64,000 nucleotides of DNA from a virus, in the IMG/VR virus record IMGVR_UViG_3300021440_000015, positions 1-64,000 of that record. The stretch is one strand, 5' to 3'. Position 1 is the stretch's first letter. Each line of letters starts with the position of its first letter. Under the pieces are notes generated by a model that saw only the letters and a list, made by a program, of their open reading frames with translations, searched no databases and had not been told where the DNA came from. Both the position numbers and the translations under genes were made by a program. This document shows positions 19,401 through 27,498 of this stretch, piece by piece.

Positions 19401-19887
19401 TGACTGGGAAGCTCTTCGTTCCGATATCGTTAAAAACGGCGGTATTCGTTTTAGCTGTCTGATAAACCTGATGCCTACTGAATCCTCATCTAAAGCTTCA
19501 GGTGTGCCTAACGGTCCTTATCCTATCCGCGCTTTGTCTTTGAAGAAGTCTGATGAGAACAACACAGTGGATTGGGTAGCTACTGATAGTGATCTGTTGG
19601 GTGATAAGTACGAGATCGGTTATGATATCCCTGGTGTAGATATGATCAAAGCTTATGCTGTTATGCAAAAGTTCACTGATCAGTCTATCAGCGTGGATAC
19701 CTATAAAGATAGATCTAAGAATGTGATGCTCAGCGATAAGCAGATTTTGACTGAATACTTTACCATGATTAAGTATGGAGTTAAGTCTAAGTATTACAGT
19801 AATACACTCACCAACAGCAAAGATGGGTCTGGGGAGGTTCAAGAAATGGCTGTGGAAGAGAACTGCGGTGACAGCTGCAAACTTTAA
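16441..19887 (+). CDS. nrdA: Class Ia ribonucleotide reductase alpha subunit, intein-containing
   Basis: ATP cone IIKRDG; YETPQ, APTP, ASCC, SSNL|C.E, EVALCSL, LMPTESSS, DQSIS, SKYY, C-terminal CGDSC. Confidence 0.95.
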   Translation: MIKYIIKRDGTKEEYTPSKLNKWAIWATDSLGDRVDWSGVVLDALSNCKEIENSQSLQKELINACLYKKDWPHNVMAGRLYAAWLHKALYGDEMPTVKKINEDLIKTGLVIDMGYTDAEFEVIESIIDHKRDFNYAHSQIKQIHHKYSISNLVSGIRYETPQYTFMRMAMRLSDDIEDSQEKLKLVQEYYDEFSLNRLNAPTPNYVNLGSPLNGYASCCLVEVSDNNESIDCGDMIASKMTAASAGIGTHHNLRSIGDPVRGGRFPHGGKRPYFATTAKNTIKGVQAGRAGAATFYFDIFEKEAKDLIMLQNPRTPEAKRNRDVHFAVMTNSFFARKARDDEQMFSFNCYTAPDLHAAMFSGDIEKFEALYKKYEEDDNFAKEYVSARDLCLTMLTQFEEVSTLYHFNVEEANRHTPFQEPIHSSNLCVAPETPILTKEFGYVRISEKVNQEVSVWNGDAWSKVTVKKTGENQHLQTVFTTTGTVLEATDYHRWFVQLQNKHGAKKDVVVKRTTELQPGDKLIKFETSAVDHGRSTLPLAYENGFFTGSGTISGKNPVIYLYGKKRELLPYFQDKEGIISVTKNEQRFNIRYKTDVLKEKFFIPSCTHTIKTRLEWFAGLLDSDGCLMDNKGSASLQIVSANFDFLYRLKLSLQELGAMTSVTNVADAGFKSIPNHKDGKTTHYCQQEWRLLLSNDELYKLITLGLTLNRIDLSKVRPGNRTARRFEMIKSVIDKGRYDDTYCFTEPLKGMGVFSGVLTGNCLEVTEPTSGYNSVQDLYRTGDYGHISFSQTNGNIVKLPYNLEVSVTGRGRTYAGSLTKGEFFSVPNSNTYKNYVVGDIVSKEIPGEVALCSLGAVVLPNILTDEQYHKTCKLALRMIDRCIHLSTYALPHIGFTAKNRLNAGVGHIGLATVLARKGLKYSTLEGRNEIHRISERHAYFVIKAALELGIEKGNAPWIHKTKWANGWLPIDTYKKAVDELVTTDLQYDWEALRSDIVKNGGIRFSCLINLMPTESSSKASGVPNGPYPIRALSLKKSDENNTVDWVATDSDLLGDKYEIGYDIPGVDMIKAYAVMQKFTDQSISVDTYKDRSKNVMLSDKQILTEYFTMIKYGVKSKYYSNTLTNSKDGSGEVQEMAVEENCGDSCKL
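17722..18723 (+). mobile_element. Intein (334 aa) with LAGLIDADG domain, inserted before the catalytic Cys of NrdA
   Basis: Starts CVAPETPILT, block B ATDYHRW, motifs GFFTGSG and AGLLDSDG, ends TYCFTEP...TGN followed by +1 Cys (CLEV). Confidence 0.93.
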
Positions 19888-19898
19888 AAAAGGTGAGT

Positions 19899-21005
19899 AT
19901 GAGTTATTCTAGTAAGATTTTCAACAATGAAAAGAAAGACTATATCGGCACTGAGCTTGTACTTGGTGAAGATGCTGGATTGACAGACTCTATCAATGTA
20001 CAGTTACCTGAGCTGAGAGATCTGTATAAGAAACTCAAAGCTCAGGACTGGGATGAGATGGAGTTTGATTTCCAATCTTGCTTGTTAGAGTTTAAGACTT
20101 GTCCTCGCACAGACTACGAGATCATGTTGGACACTATTGCTTGGCAATGGGAAGCTGACAGTGTGGTGAGTAAGGGTATCTCCGGTATCGGAGCTAACTT
20201 CACCAGCGATACGACTCTGTGGTCATATTGGCAGCGTGTGGGTGACAATGAGCAAGTACATGCTTTGACATACAGTGAGATGGTCAAGAATGCTTTTGAT
20301 GACCCTGATAAGGTCATGAAAGATATCCTGGCTCTAAAGCCTTCGTTTGAAAGAATGTCTGTTATCAACACAGTTCTTGAAAAAGCGTATGAGGTCTCTC
20401 ACAAACTCGCTCTTAACCAACTGGATAGAAACAGTCAGGAAGTCTACAACGTAGTCTTTATGTATGTAGCTGCTCTTTTGTGTCTGGAGCGCATCCAGTT
20501 CATGGCAAGCTTTACAGTGACTTTCTCGTATGGTGAGGCAGGTAGGTATATTCCATTTGCTAAAGCTGTGCAGAAGATCTGTCAAGATGAGTATCATATT
20601 CACTCTAAAGGTGACATGATCATCCTTGACGCCATGATGCGTGCTTCTAAAGGTCTGATGGCTTTTAATCAGTGTCGCACACAGATCGCTGAGATGATCA
20701 AAGCTGTGATACAGACAGAGCTGGATTGGGTCAATAAGACTTTGTTCCGTAATGGAAGAGAAGTATCTGGTTTGACAGCTGAGAAACTTTGCCAACAAGT
20801 CTGTTACTACGCAGGTGAGGTCTATAGTTTCTTTGGCATTCAACCTGAGTTTGATATTCCTAAGAAACTGCCTTTGGCCTTTACAGCTGATTGGATTACT
20901 ATCGACGGTATTCAAGGTGCTGCTCAGGAAGAACGCTTAGGTGGGTATCTACTGGGTATGAATACTCATGATGTTCCAGCTGGAGCTATGGAGTTTAACT
21001 TCTGA
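19899..21005 (+). CDS. nrdB: Ribonucleotide reductase beta subunit
   Basis: EADS, NEQVHALTYS, LERIQFMASF, QDEYHIH diiron ligands and Tyr. Confidence 0.92.
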   Translation: MSYSSKIFNNEKKDYIGTELVLGEDAGLTDSINVQLPELRDLYKKLKAQDWDEMEFDFQSCLLEFKTCPRTDYEIMLDTIAWQWEADSVVSKGISGIGANFTSDTTLWSYWQRVGDNEQVHALTYSEMVKNAFDDPDKVMKDILALKPSFERMSVINTVLEKAYEVSHKLALNQLDRNSQEVYNVVFMYVAALLCLERIQFMASFTVTFSYGEAGRYIPFAKAVQKICQDEYHIHSKGDMIILDAMMRASKGLMAFNQCRTQIAEMIKAVIQTELDWVNKTLFRNGREVSGLTAEKLCQQVCYYAGEVYSFFGIQPEFDIPKKLPLAFTADWITIDGIQGAAQEERLGGYLLGMNTHDVPAGAMEFNF

Positions 21006-21011
21006 TAGATT

Positions 21012-21049
21012 AAGATACACACAGCCATGAGGCTGTGTGTATCTTTTTT
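21012..21049 (+). terminator. Intrinsic terminator after nrdB
   Basis: agatacacacagcc atga ggctgtgtgtatct tttt. Confidence 0.8.
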
Positions 21050-21060
21050 CTAAATAGGTT

Positions 21061-21094
21061 CTTGTAAACTTTTTCAGTCGCATATATTCTATTT
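21061..21094 (+). promoter_or_regulatory. Putative early promoter, cassette 3
   Basis: cttgtaaactttttcagtcgcatatattctattt. Confidence 0.6.
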
Positions 21095-21152
21095 GAGCTA
21101 TCGCTGTGGTTTAAGTTACTTATCTGTAACACTCTCAGCTAAGGAGATAGTC
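21095..21152 (+). ncRNA. Conserved structured 5' leader, copy 3
   Basis: gagctatc gctgtggt TTAA gttac ttatct gtaac actctcagc taagga gatagtc ATG. Confidence 0.75.
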
Positions 21153-21491
21153 ATGAGCATTAAAGTATGCAACGCATTCTCACTGAACATGTTGGCGACA
21201 TCCGTCGCCAACATTAACATTCAAGAAACGACTGCGGCGGATGCCGCTTACTTGATCCAAAAAAACGGAGGTCCAGAAAGCTGTGTCGGTCATGCTGACA
21301 CAGCTCGAATTTTCGGTCAGCAGCTGCTGACCGAAATCCCACTTGCACGAGTGACCGTGCAATTCACCCACGATGAATTCATCGTGGTCGGACAGTATTC
21401 TGGCCCACGGTTGCCCGAAGGGGCAGCCATCAAATGGTACGTGGTACACGTAAGTGTACCTGAATCAGTTGAGGAAACCACACTCGACTGA
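21153..21491 (+). CDS. DUF1874 / STIV B116-like small protein (cassette 3 cargo)
   Basis: IKVCNAFSL, ESCVGHADTA, VGQYSGPRLPEGA shared with 4400..4729. Confidence 0.7.
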   Translation: MSIKVCNAFSLNMLATSVANINIQETTAADAAYLIQKNGGPESCVGHADTARIFGQQLLTEIPLARVTVQFTHDEFIVVGQYSGPRLPEGAAIKWYVVHVSVPESVEETTLD

Positions 21492-21492
21492 T

Positions 21493-21539
21493 AAATAACA
21501 CCCCTAGCCCTTACAGGCCGGGGATGTTATTTTTTTTTT
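21493..21539 (+). terminator. Cassette-type terminator
   Basis: aaataacaccccta gcc cttaca ggc cggggatgtta + T10. Confidence 0.8.
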
Positions 21540-21556
21540 GTTCTGTTTGTACTTTA

Positions 21557-21581
21557 CTTCAACAACATATATTTTATTTGA
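21557..21581 (+). promoter_or_regulatory. Putative early promoter without structured leader
   Basis: cttcaacaacatatattttatttga resembles the cassette promoter core. Confidence 0.45.
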
Positions 21582-21629
21582 AATTGCAGTCAGCAATTGT
21601 TTTTATTTATTATTTAAAAAGGTGCTGAG

Positions 21630-22856
21630 ATGATGAACCAAGTGGCAAGTATAGGCAGTAAGTCTACTTTTTGCAACGACCTAAACAACATGGAGATATA
21701 CACACCTTTCCGAAAAACAGTTTTTTTCATAAACAACACTGCTAAAGATGTAGTGGTTGTTCAAAGAAATAACTTACCTATGTTTGTAAGAAGAGCTGTT
21801 AACGGTGTTATACAAAATAAATATTTTATTGTCAGAACAGTATACAAATTCAACGGAAGTGAAAATGTAATCGACACTATCAACATGATAACAAGTTATC
21901 AGAAGATACACGGCGATGTGAGTGAAGAATTAGAAATTATCCGTGAGATGTTATCCAGGGCTTTTGATAACAACAGCCATTCAAACAGCATCGACATAGT
22001 AATCGATAACAATATACAAGCAAGCGAGATCTGTAAACTCAAAGCCTGTTATTGCCCACAAGTAGATTTACTTTTAACATCTAAAGATTATTCTCCTCAC
22101 ATACCGCATCCTTTTAGCCCAGAAGGTAGAACACTTCAGCAGTTTAAAGATGTAGGCGGTCAGATAAAACACTCTGGTGTGGTCATAGAACTCGTCGACA
22201 ACGAGAAAAAATATGGAAAAAGGTTTATTAAGATAGGTAAAGATTTCCTAGAAATAGACCCTATTGAGGATCCAAGCAAACCTTCTGCTGCTTATATAAC
22301 TTATATAGCACATAAAGATGGTAGTGTTGTAATGACACCACATGCCATGACTATGTCAGATGCTCAAGAAAAGATGGGGTTCTATCCAACTCTTGAACAA
22401 GCTATGTCAGATGATCAAACTGAACAACTCAGTAAGAAACAGCTGAATATAGCACAAACACAACTTGAAAAACTTAAATCTATAAACGGTTTAGAGATAG
22501 AACAAGCTAAGAGAGAAACTGAACTCCATAAAACAAAAGCAATTGAAAGAGAAAAAGAACTAGAAGCCATTCGTCATAATCACGAACTTGAAACTTTGAG
22601 ACTTAAGAAAGAAACTGCCGAAGCAGAAGCTGAACTTAAGAGACTCAAAATAGAGAACGAAAAGATTAAAGAAGAGATAAACAATCGCTCTGCTTTTTTC
22701 GAAGAAATGATTAAGGAAAATTCTAAACTTCGAGATGATTACTATGATGCCCGTTCTGCAAACCGCAAAGATAGTAACGAACTTGTTAAGTTAACAAGCG
22801 TTGTTATCCTAACCGGCATAAGCATTTGGGCCGCTATGCGTAAAAACCAATCCTGA
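21630..22856 (+). CDS. Conserved jumbo-phage protein with C-terminal coiled coil and membrane anchor
   Basis: Long E/K coiled coil; terminal VVILTGISIWAAM; upstream of the nvRNAP subunit. Confidence 0.6.
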   Translation: MMNQVASIGSKSTFCNDLNNMEIYTPFRKTVFFINNTAKDVVVVQRNNLPMFVRRAVNGVIQNKYFIVRTVYKFNGSENVIDTINMITSYQKIHGDVSEELEIIREMLSRAFDNNSHSNSIDIVIDNNIQASEICKLKACYCPQVDLLLTSKDYSPHIPHPFSPEGRTLQQFKDVGGQIKHSGVVIELVDNEKKYGKRFIKIGKDFLEIDPIEDPSKPSAAYITYIAHKDGSVVMTPHAMTMSDAQEKMGFYPTLEQAMSDDQTEQLSKKQLNIAQTQLEKLKSINGLEIEQAKRETELHKTKAIEREKELEAIRHNHELETLRLKKETAEAEAELKRLKIENEKIKEEINNRSAFFEEMIKENSKLRDDYYDARSANRKDSNELVKLTSVVILTGISIWAAMRKNQS

Positions 22857-22872
22857 AATTAAAGGAGTTGTC

Positions 22873-24510
22873 ATGGGGTTATTTCAAGATTTTTTGGTGG
22901 AAAACACACCACAAGTCAATCCACTCATTATGAATGGGGTGGGTCAGGCTCTTATGCAGAGACCTGAAGACTATCTTCATAATGTTTTTATGAATCTGAA
23001 AGGTTATCCCGTAGGTCTAAAGTACATAGGTTGTCGGCGTTGCACACCAGCTGAAGAGTTTGCTGAAGCAACTCGAATTAAAAATAACAAAAGAACAGCA
23101 GACATTAGCCAGTCTGATGTATATCTTGTTAGATTTATGTTTGAGTTTGAAGGCGAGCGACTTCCAGATCGTTTCTTTTATTTACCTATTATAGGTGAGG
23201 CTGGGACTTTTCACTTATCTGGTACTATGTATCACGTAGCACCAGTTATTTCAGATAAAGTAATTTCTCCTGGACAGTCAAGTGTTTTTGTCAGGGTGTT
23301 GCGTGATAGGAATAGTTTCTACAGATGCTATCACTCTATCACAGTAGATAATGTAAGGATAACCACACACGTTATCTGGGCAAGTCTTTACAGAAGATCG
23401 CCAGCATCTAAGAAGTTACCACCGACCACAAAAGCAAATACCTGTAATGTACACTACTTGCTTGCAAAATATGGTTTTTCAGAAACCTTTAGCAGGTATG
23501 TAGGTTGTGTTCCAAAAGCTGGCGGTGCTGAAATTAATCCAGAAACTTTCCCTGAGAGTGATTGGGTTATTGTTGAGTCTACAAAGATTCAACCTAAAAC
23601 ATCGAAAGATAAGTTCTATAAACCCACTGACATCAAACTGGCTGTTCCAAGACACCTGTGGAATGATACGGTTCGTGAATTCTGTGCTGGGTTCTTTTAC
23701 ATCGTTGATCACTTTCCCACTCAAGTGACTCTGGCGTTTCTGGAAACCAAAGAGCACTGGATGATGACTTTGGGAAGTGTTATCTTTTCAGGTAACCACT
23801 CTCACAGTAAATTGATTCAGGAAATACGCGATCACTTGATCTCGCTCGACGACTGTATGGATTCAATAGCTATTGACAAGCTGAAAGAAAGAAATATCTA
23901 TGTAGATAGTTATTACGATCTGTTGGCTGTTATCGTCAAAAGCTTCAACCACATGGTCTTAGAGGACGATAGTAACAACCTGAACATGTATCTTAAGAAT
24001 TTAGATATAGTTTACTACATGCTTTATGACATCACATCAAGCATGATAACGTGTATGTTTGATCTCAACAAGATTTTACAAAAGCGTGGTAGGTTGTTAT
24101 TTCAAGATGTTCGAACCACGATGTCAATGAAGATCAATCCAGGGCCTATTTACAAATTGACAGACGGTAGAATTGTTGCTGAGACAGTTTCATACTCCGG
24201 CGACCACAAATATCTCAAGATTACCTCTAAAGCTGCCATGCAGGAAGCTACTGGAAATGGTTCTCGTGAGAAGAAAGGTCGGATGGTTATATCAGAAGCA
24301 AACCATCTAGATGTGAGTATGATTACCACAGGAAGTGTTCTGTTCTTGGGTAAAAGTAATCCATCTCCAACAAACAGGCTTAACCCATATGTCAATTTTG
24401 ATCCAGTTACAGGCAACTTCATAAAGAATCCTGAGCTTGAACATATTTTATCAGAAACCGAAAAAGCGCTGAAAACATTCTATCTTCCCGATAGGACTAT
24501 TGAAAGCTAA
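22873..24510 (+). CDS. Non-virion RNA polymerase beta subunit, N-terminal part (phiKZ gp123-like)
   Basis: LKYIGCRRCTPAEE, FYLP, SGTMYHVAPVISDKVIS, NRLNPY; synteny with capsid and portal. Confidence 0.8.
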   Translation: MGLFQDFLVENTPQVNPLIMNGVGQALMQRPEDYLHNVFMNLKGYPVGLKYIGCRRCTPAEEFAEATRIKNNKRTADISQSDVYLVRFMFEFEGERLPDRFFYLPIIGEAGTFHLSGTMYHVAPVISDKVISPGQSSVFVRVLRDRNSFYRCYHSITVDNVRITTHVIWASLYRRSPASKKLPPTTKANTCNVHYLLAKYGFSETFSRYVGCVPKAGGAEINPETFPESDWVIVESTKIQPKTSKDKFYKPTDIKLAVPRHLWNDTVREFCAGFFYIVDHFPTQVTLAFLETKEHWMMTLGSVIFSGNHSHSKLIQEIRDHLISLDDCMDSIAIDKLKERNIYVDSYYDLLAVIVKSFNHMVLEDDSNNLNMYLKNLDIVYYMLYDITSSMITCMFDLNKILQKRGRLLFQDVRTTMSMKINPGPIYKLTDGRIVAETVSYSGDHKYLKITSKAAMQEATGNGSREKKGRMVISEANHLDVSMITTGSVLFLGKSNPSPTNRLNPYVNFDPVTGNFIKNPELEHILSETEKALKTFYLPDRTIES

Positions 24511-24513
24511 TCG

Positions 24514-24533
24514 GTAACATTTACTATATTTGA
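24514..24533 (+). promoter_or_regulatory. Putative early promoter without structured leader
   Basis: gtaacatttactatatttga, 19 nt before ATG 24553. Confidence 0.4.
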
Positions 24534-24552
24534 GTAACCACAAGGAATTCAA

Positions 24553-26433
24553 ATGTTACCCATAAATGCTCCTATACTACCGCTGATTATGTATGAGGAG
24601 TATAATTTCCCATTAACAGTACATGTAATACCACCACCTAACTGCCAACATCTTGTTCATAAGACAGCTGTTGCTTTGGCTAATGAGGCTTCATCAAGAG
24701 CTAACAACAGTCAGGCTAGGATGTACTGTTATAACACTATGGTTATGAATAACTGGAACAATCAACAGTTTCAGGAAATTCTTAACCACACACTTTTGTA
24801 TATGGCTTTAGAGGTAGAACGGCGAAATTACTCGTCTACTGATATGGCTATGAAAGATTGTGTGAATAAGTACCTTACTCTTTACACGAGTATGTTAGTA
24901 CTTACAGTAGACGCTGTGCGTGATGTGTCAGACTCACGAGTCATAGACGCATCAACTCAGAATAGTGAATTTTTCGTCAACCTAAAACTGGAGTTGCAGG
25001 ATCTGCAAAACAGAATGTATCAACAACAAATGCCTCAAGCTATGCAACAAGTACAAGTTTTTTACAATCAGCAGGGACAACCTGTTGATAGTTACGGCCG
25101 GCCCATTCAGATGCCTATGCATCAGGGACATCCTCAACAGATGCCTATGCAGCCTATGCACGGTTATCCGCAACAGATGCCTGCACAGCCGTATCCTCAG
25201 CAAATGCCGGTGCAAAATTACCCACAGCAAATGCCGATGCAGCAGCAATATCAGAATAATAATTCTGGTTTTATGCATCAGTCTGGTCGTCAGCAGATGG
25301 ACACAATGGCTGCTGGTAGTCCTAAAAATGAAATTGTCATTGACCGTTTCGGCAAGTCACAATCGCAAAAGCAATACTTTGAGGAACCTGTTCAACAACA
25401 AGTTCAACAAGTAAACCCACCAAGATCATCTGAGCTTTCAAAAGAGGCAAAGAAAGAAATTGAAGATCTTGTCATGAGAAAAGGCAGTGAGATGGACAGA
25501 GCTAAACACACAATCACTTTCATGGGTAAGCAATACTCTATGAATTCTGTTGTGAGGACGGACAATTTCAAAGAACAAGCTGAAGTGATCTCAAAAGCTT
25601 CTGCCATTGCTGAAGAAGATGCTGGCATTGTGGATAGCGGTAATACCATTTTGGACATCAATGAAAGTGCTGTTGTCTTACGCGGTCAGTCTAAACACAT
25701 TGAAATCGGTCAGGATAAAATCTTTCGTTGCTTTGGAATAGTCAGTAACACCGTAGTGTCAAAAGACATCATGGATGATTACGTCGAAACATTGAGGGAA
25801 TCTAAAGATCTTCAAGAATTAGTCGGAAAGATGACAGCTTTAGCAAGCGCCTTTGAAAAGAGTTCGGTGGAATGGAACGCGCCAAATTGTCATGATTCTA
25901 AAATCGTTGTTATGTCGACAATAGATAATAAGCTCACAAAGCTTATCAACTCTTTTGTGCAGAACAACATGCAGCTTCAAAAGGTGTCTATCACTAGCTT
26001 TGTGGAAGACTATTCGGACTTGGAGTCATTTATTCTGACAAAGTATGGCCCGATGTTGTCGCTTGAGTTGAAAAACTTTGGCCAGAAGATTCTTCAGATT
26101 GTGTTCGGTACAGACTATGACGAACTTGCAACTGAAGCAAGAAATGTTCTCAACATGCCCGATGAGATAAGTTGTGTTTTTCTACCAGAAAACTACAGCA
26201 TGACTTATCTGCCTATGACTGATAAAGAACTCGATTATAACTTCGAGGATCGTCTGTGGTCAGTCAGTCATGCGAAAACACCTATTCTTGCTAAAGTTCT
26301 TGATTCATTGACATTGCATAAGAAACAAAGTCAGCGAATCTGTCTTCACGATTTGGTTGTTACGCAAGATGGGGTTATCTATAGGCTTTATGAGAACGCA
26401 GTTGCTAAAGGTTATTTGATCAGAAAAGATTAA
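24553..26433 (+). CDS. Hypothetical protein with central Gln/Pro/Met low-complexity repeats
   Basis: 626 aa; (Y/H)PQQMP repeats. Confidence 0.7.
   Translation: MLPINAPILPLIMYEEYNFPLTVHVIPPPNCQHLVHKTAVALANEASSRANNSQARMYCYNTMVMNNWNNQQFQEILNHTLLYMALEVERRNYSSTDMAMKDCVNKYLTLYTSMLVLTVDAVRDVSDSRVIDASTQNSEFFVNLKLELQDLQNRMYQQQMPQAMQQVQVFYNQQGQPVDSYGRPIQMPMHQGHPQQMPMQPMHGYPQQMPAQPYPQQMPVQNYPQQMPMQQQYQNNNSGFMHQSGRQQMDTMAAGSPKNEIVIDRFGKSQSQKQYFEEPVQQQVQQVNPPRSSELSKEAKKEIEDLVMRKGSEMDRAKHTITFMGKQYSMNSVVRTDNFKEQAEVISKASAIAEEDAGIVDSGNTILDINESAVVLRGQSKHIEIGQDKIFRCFGIVSNTVVSKDIMDDYVETLRESKDLQELVGKMTALASAFEKSSVEWNAPNCHDSKIVVMSTIDNKLTKLINSFVQNNMQLQKVSITSFVEDYSDLESFILTKYGPMLSLELKNFGQKILQIVFGTDYDELATEARNVLNMPDEISCVFLPENYSMTYLPMTDKELDYNFEDRLWSVSHAKTPILAKVLDSLTLHKKQSQRICLHDLVVTQDGVIYRLYENAVAKGYLIRKD
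25108..25254 (+). repeat. Imperfect in-frame tandem repeat (~27-nt units) encoding PQQMP
   Basis: HPQQMPMQP, YPQQMPAQP, YPQQMPVQN, YPQQMPMQQ. Confidence 0.8.
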
Positions 26434-26442
26434 ATAAAAATA

Positions 26443-26476
26443 TACACATCCCTCGGATCATTCCGAGGGATGTGTA
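26443..26476. terminator. Hairpin terminator
   Basis: tacacatccctcgga tcat tccgagggatgtgta. Confidence 0.7.
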
Positions 26477-26535
26477 ATTATTTCAACTATAGTTAAAGCA
26501 CAAACTTCTAATTAATATTTACAATGGAGATTACA

Positions 26536-26827
26536 ATGATTTTTTTTTCTTAGCGTGTTGGGATTTTGTGTTTTATTGCTATATGCAGTATTTCATTTCT
26601 ACTCTCTTGTTCTATTTGCTATTTTCGCTATTACTGGAATAGCAACATGGCATGTATTAAGAGAAGTGGCTAGATGGGTTTATGAAGATAATGAAAAACA
26701 TACCGTTCTGATGACAGTAACACAGTTCGGCTTCACTTTACTATCTGTCATAATAGCTATTAGCTGTACATTTATAATTGTTAAATTCACAACTAAATTC
26801 TTTAAAAAGAAAATCGATGGAATTTAA
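26536..26827 (+). CDS. Small membrane protein; SD-led start is out of frame across a T9 run
   Basis: ggag + ATG 26536 stops at TAG 26551; deleting one T joins it to the 26555 frame (MIFFLSVLGFCVLLL). Confidence 0.5.
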
Positions 26828-26848
26828 TCACAGACCTCTTGTAATAAG

Positions 26849-26871
26849 TTTCAATAACATATACTTAACTT
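26849..26871 (+). promoter_or_regulatory. Putative early promoter, cassette 4
   Basis: tttcaataacatatacttaactt. Confidence 0.6.
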
Positions 26872-26930
26872 GAGATATCGCTGTAGTTTAAGTCGTTCTT
26901 TCTGCGACACTATCAGTTAAGGAGATACTC
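26872..26930 (+). ncRNA. Conserved structured 5' leader, copy 4
   Basis: gagatatc gctgtagt TTAA gtcgt tctttct gcgac actatcagt taagga gatactc ATG. Confidence 0.75.
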
Positions 26931-27437
26931 ATGGCACAAATATTTGAAAAATTTTCGTTTGCGCTCTTGGGCGGTTGTATGGGCGGTCCGAATGACGATA
27001 CTTTACATCGAACGGATAGAACACCTACCACAGAAGCAGGGACAATATTCTACCGACACTGTCAACGTTTGATCAAGGAGAAAAAGACTCTGGTGTTTAA
27101 TCGAGAGTGGGGGAATGGCACAGGATACTATGACGGTATCTTGTACGAAAAGGAAATCTCTGATGGAGACATGTATGTCTCTTACGACTGGGAAACCGGT
27201 CGTTTTTTGATTGTGCAAGGTAGTGAACATGGACACATATGTGTCCATGAGCGGTATAAAAGTGGTAATGAAGGAATCTTTGTCAAGACTACTAAAAATA
27301 AACTGCTGTCTCTAATGGGTATTCCTACAGGAGCGGTAGGTCTCAGTTCGATGATTCAACTCCTGGGGGACTCCTGGGATGGGTCCGGTGCCATCGCCAA
27401 AAACATCAAGGAGTTGAAACAACTCCTGTGTAAATAA
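26931..27437 (+). CDS. Hypothetical protein (cassette 4 cargo)
   Basis: 168-aa ORF, SD aaggag, terminator follows. Confidence 0.7.
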   Translation: MAQIFEKFSFALLGGCMGGPNDDTLHRTDRTPTTEAGTIFYRHCQRLIKEKKTLVFNREWGNGTGYYDGILYEKEISDGDMYVSYDWETGRFLIVQGSEHGHICVHERYKSGNEGIFVKTTKNKLLSLMGIPTGAVGLSSMIQLLGDSWDGSGAIAKNIKELKQLLCK

Positions 27438-27442
27438 GAACT

Positions 27443-27487
27443 AAAATAAACCCCCAGCCCAAAAGGCCATGGGGTTTATTTTTTTTT
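27443..27487. terminator. Cassette-type terminator, probably bidirectional
   Basis: aaaataaaccccca gcc caaaa ggc catggggttta + T9. Confidence 0.8.
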
Positions 27488-27498
27488 CTATTTAAAGA

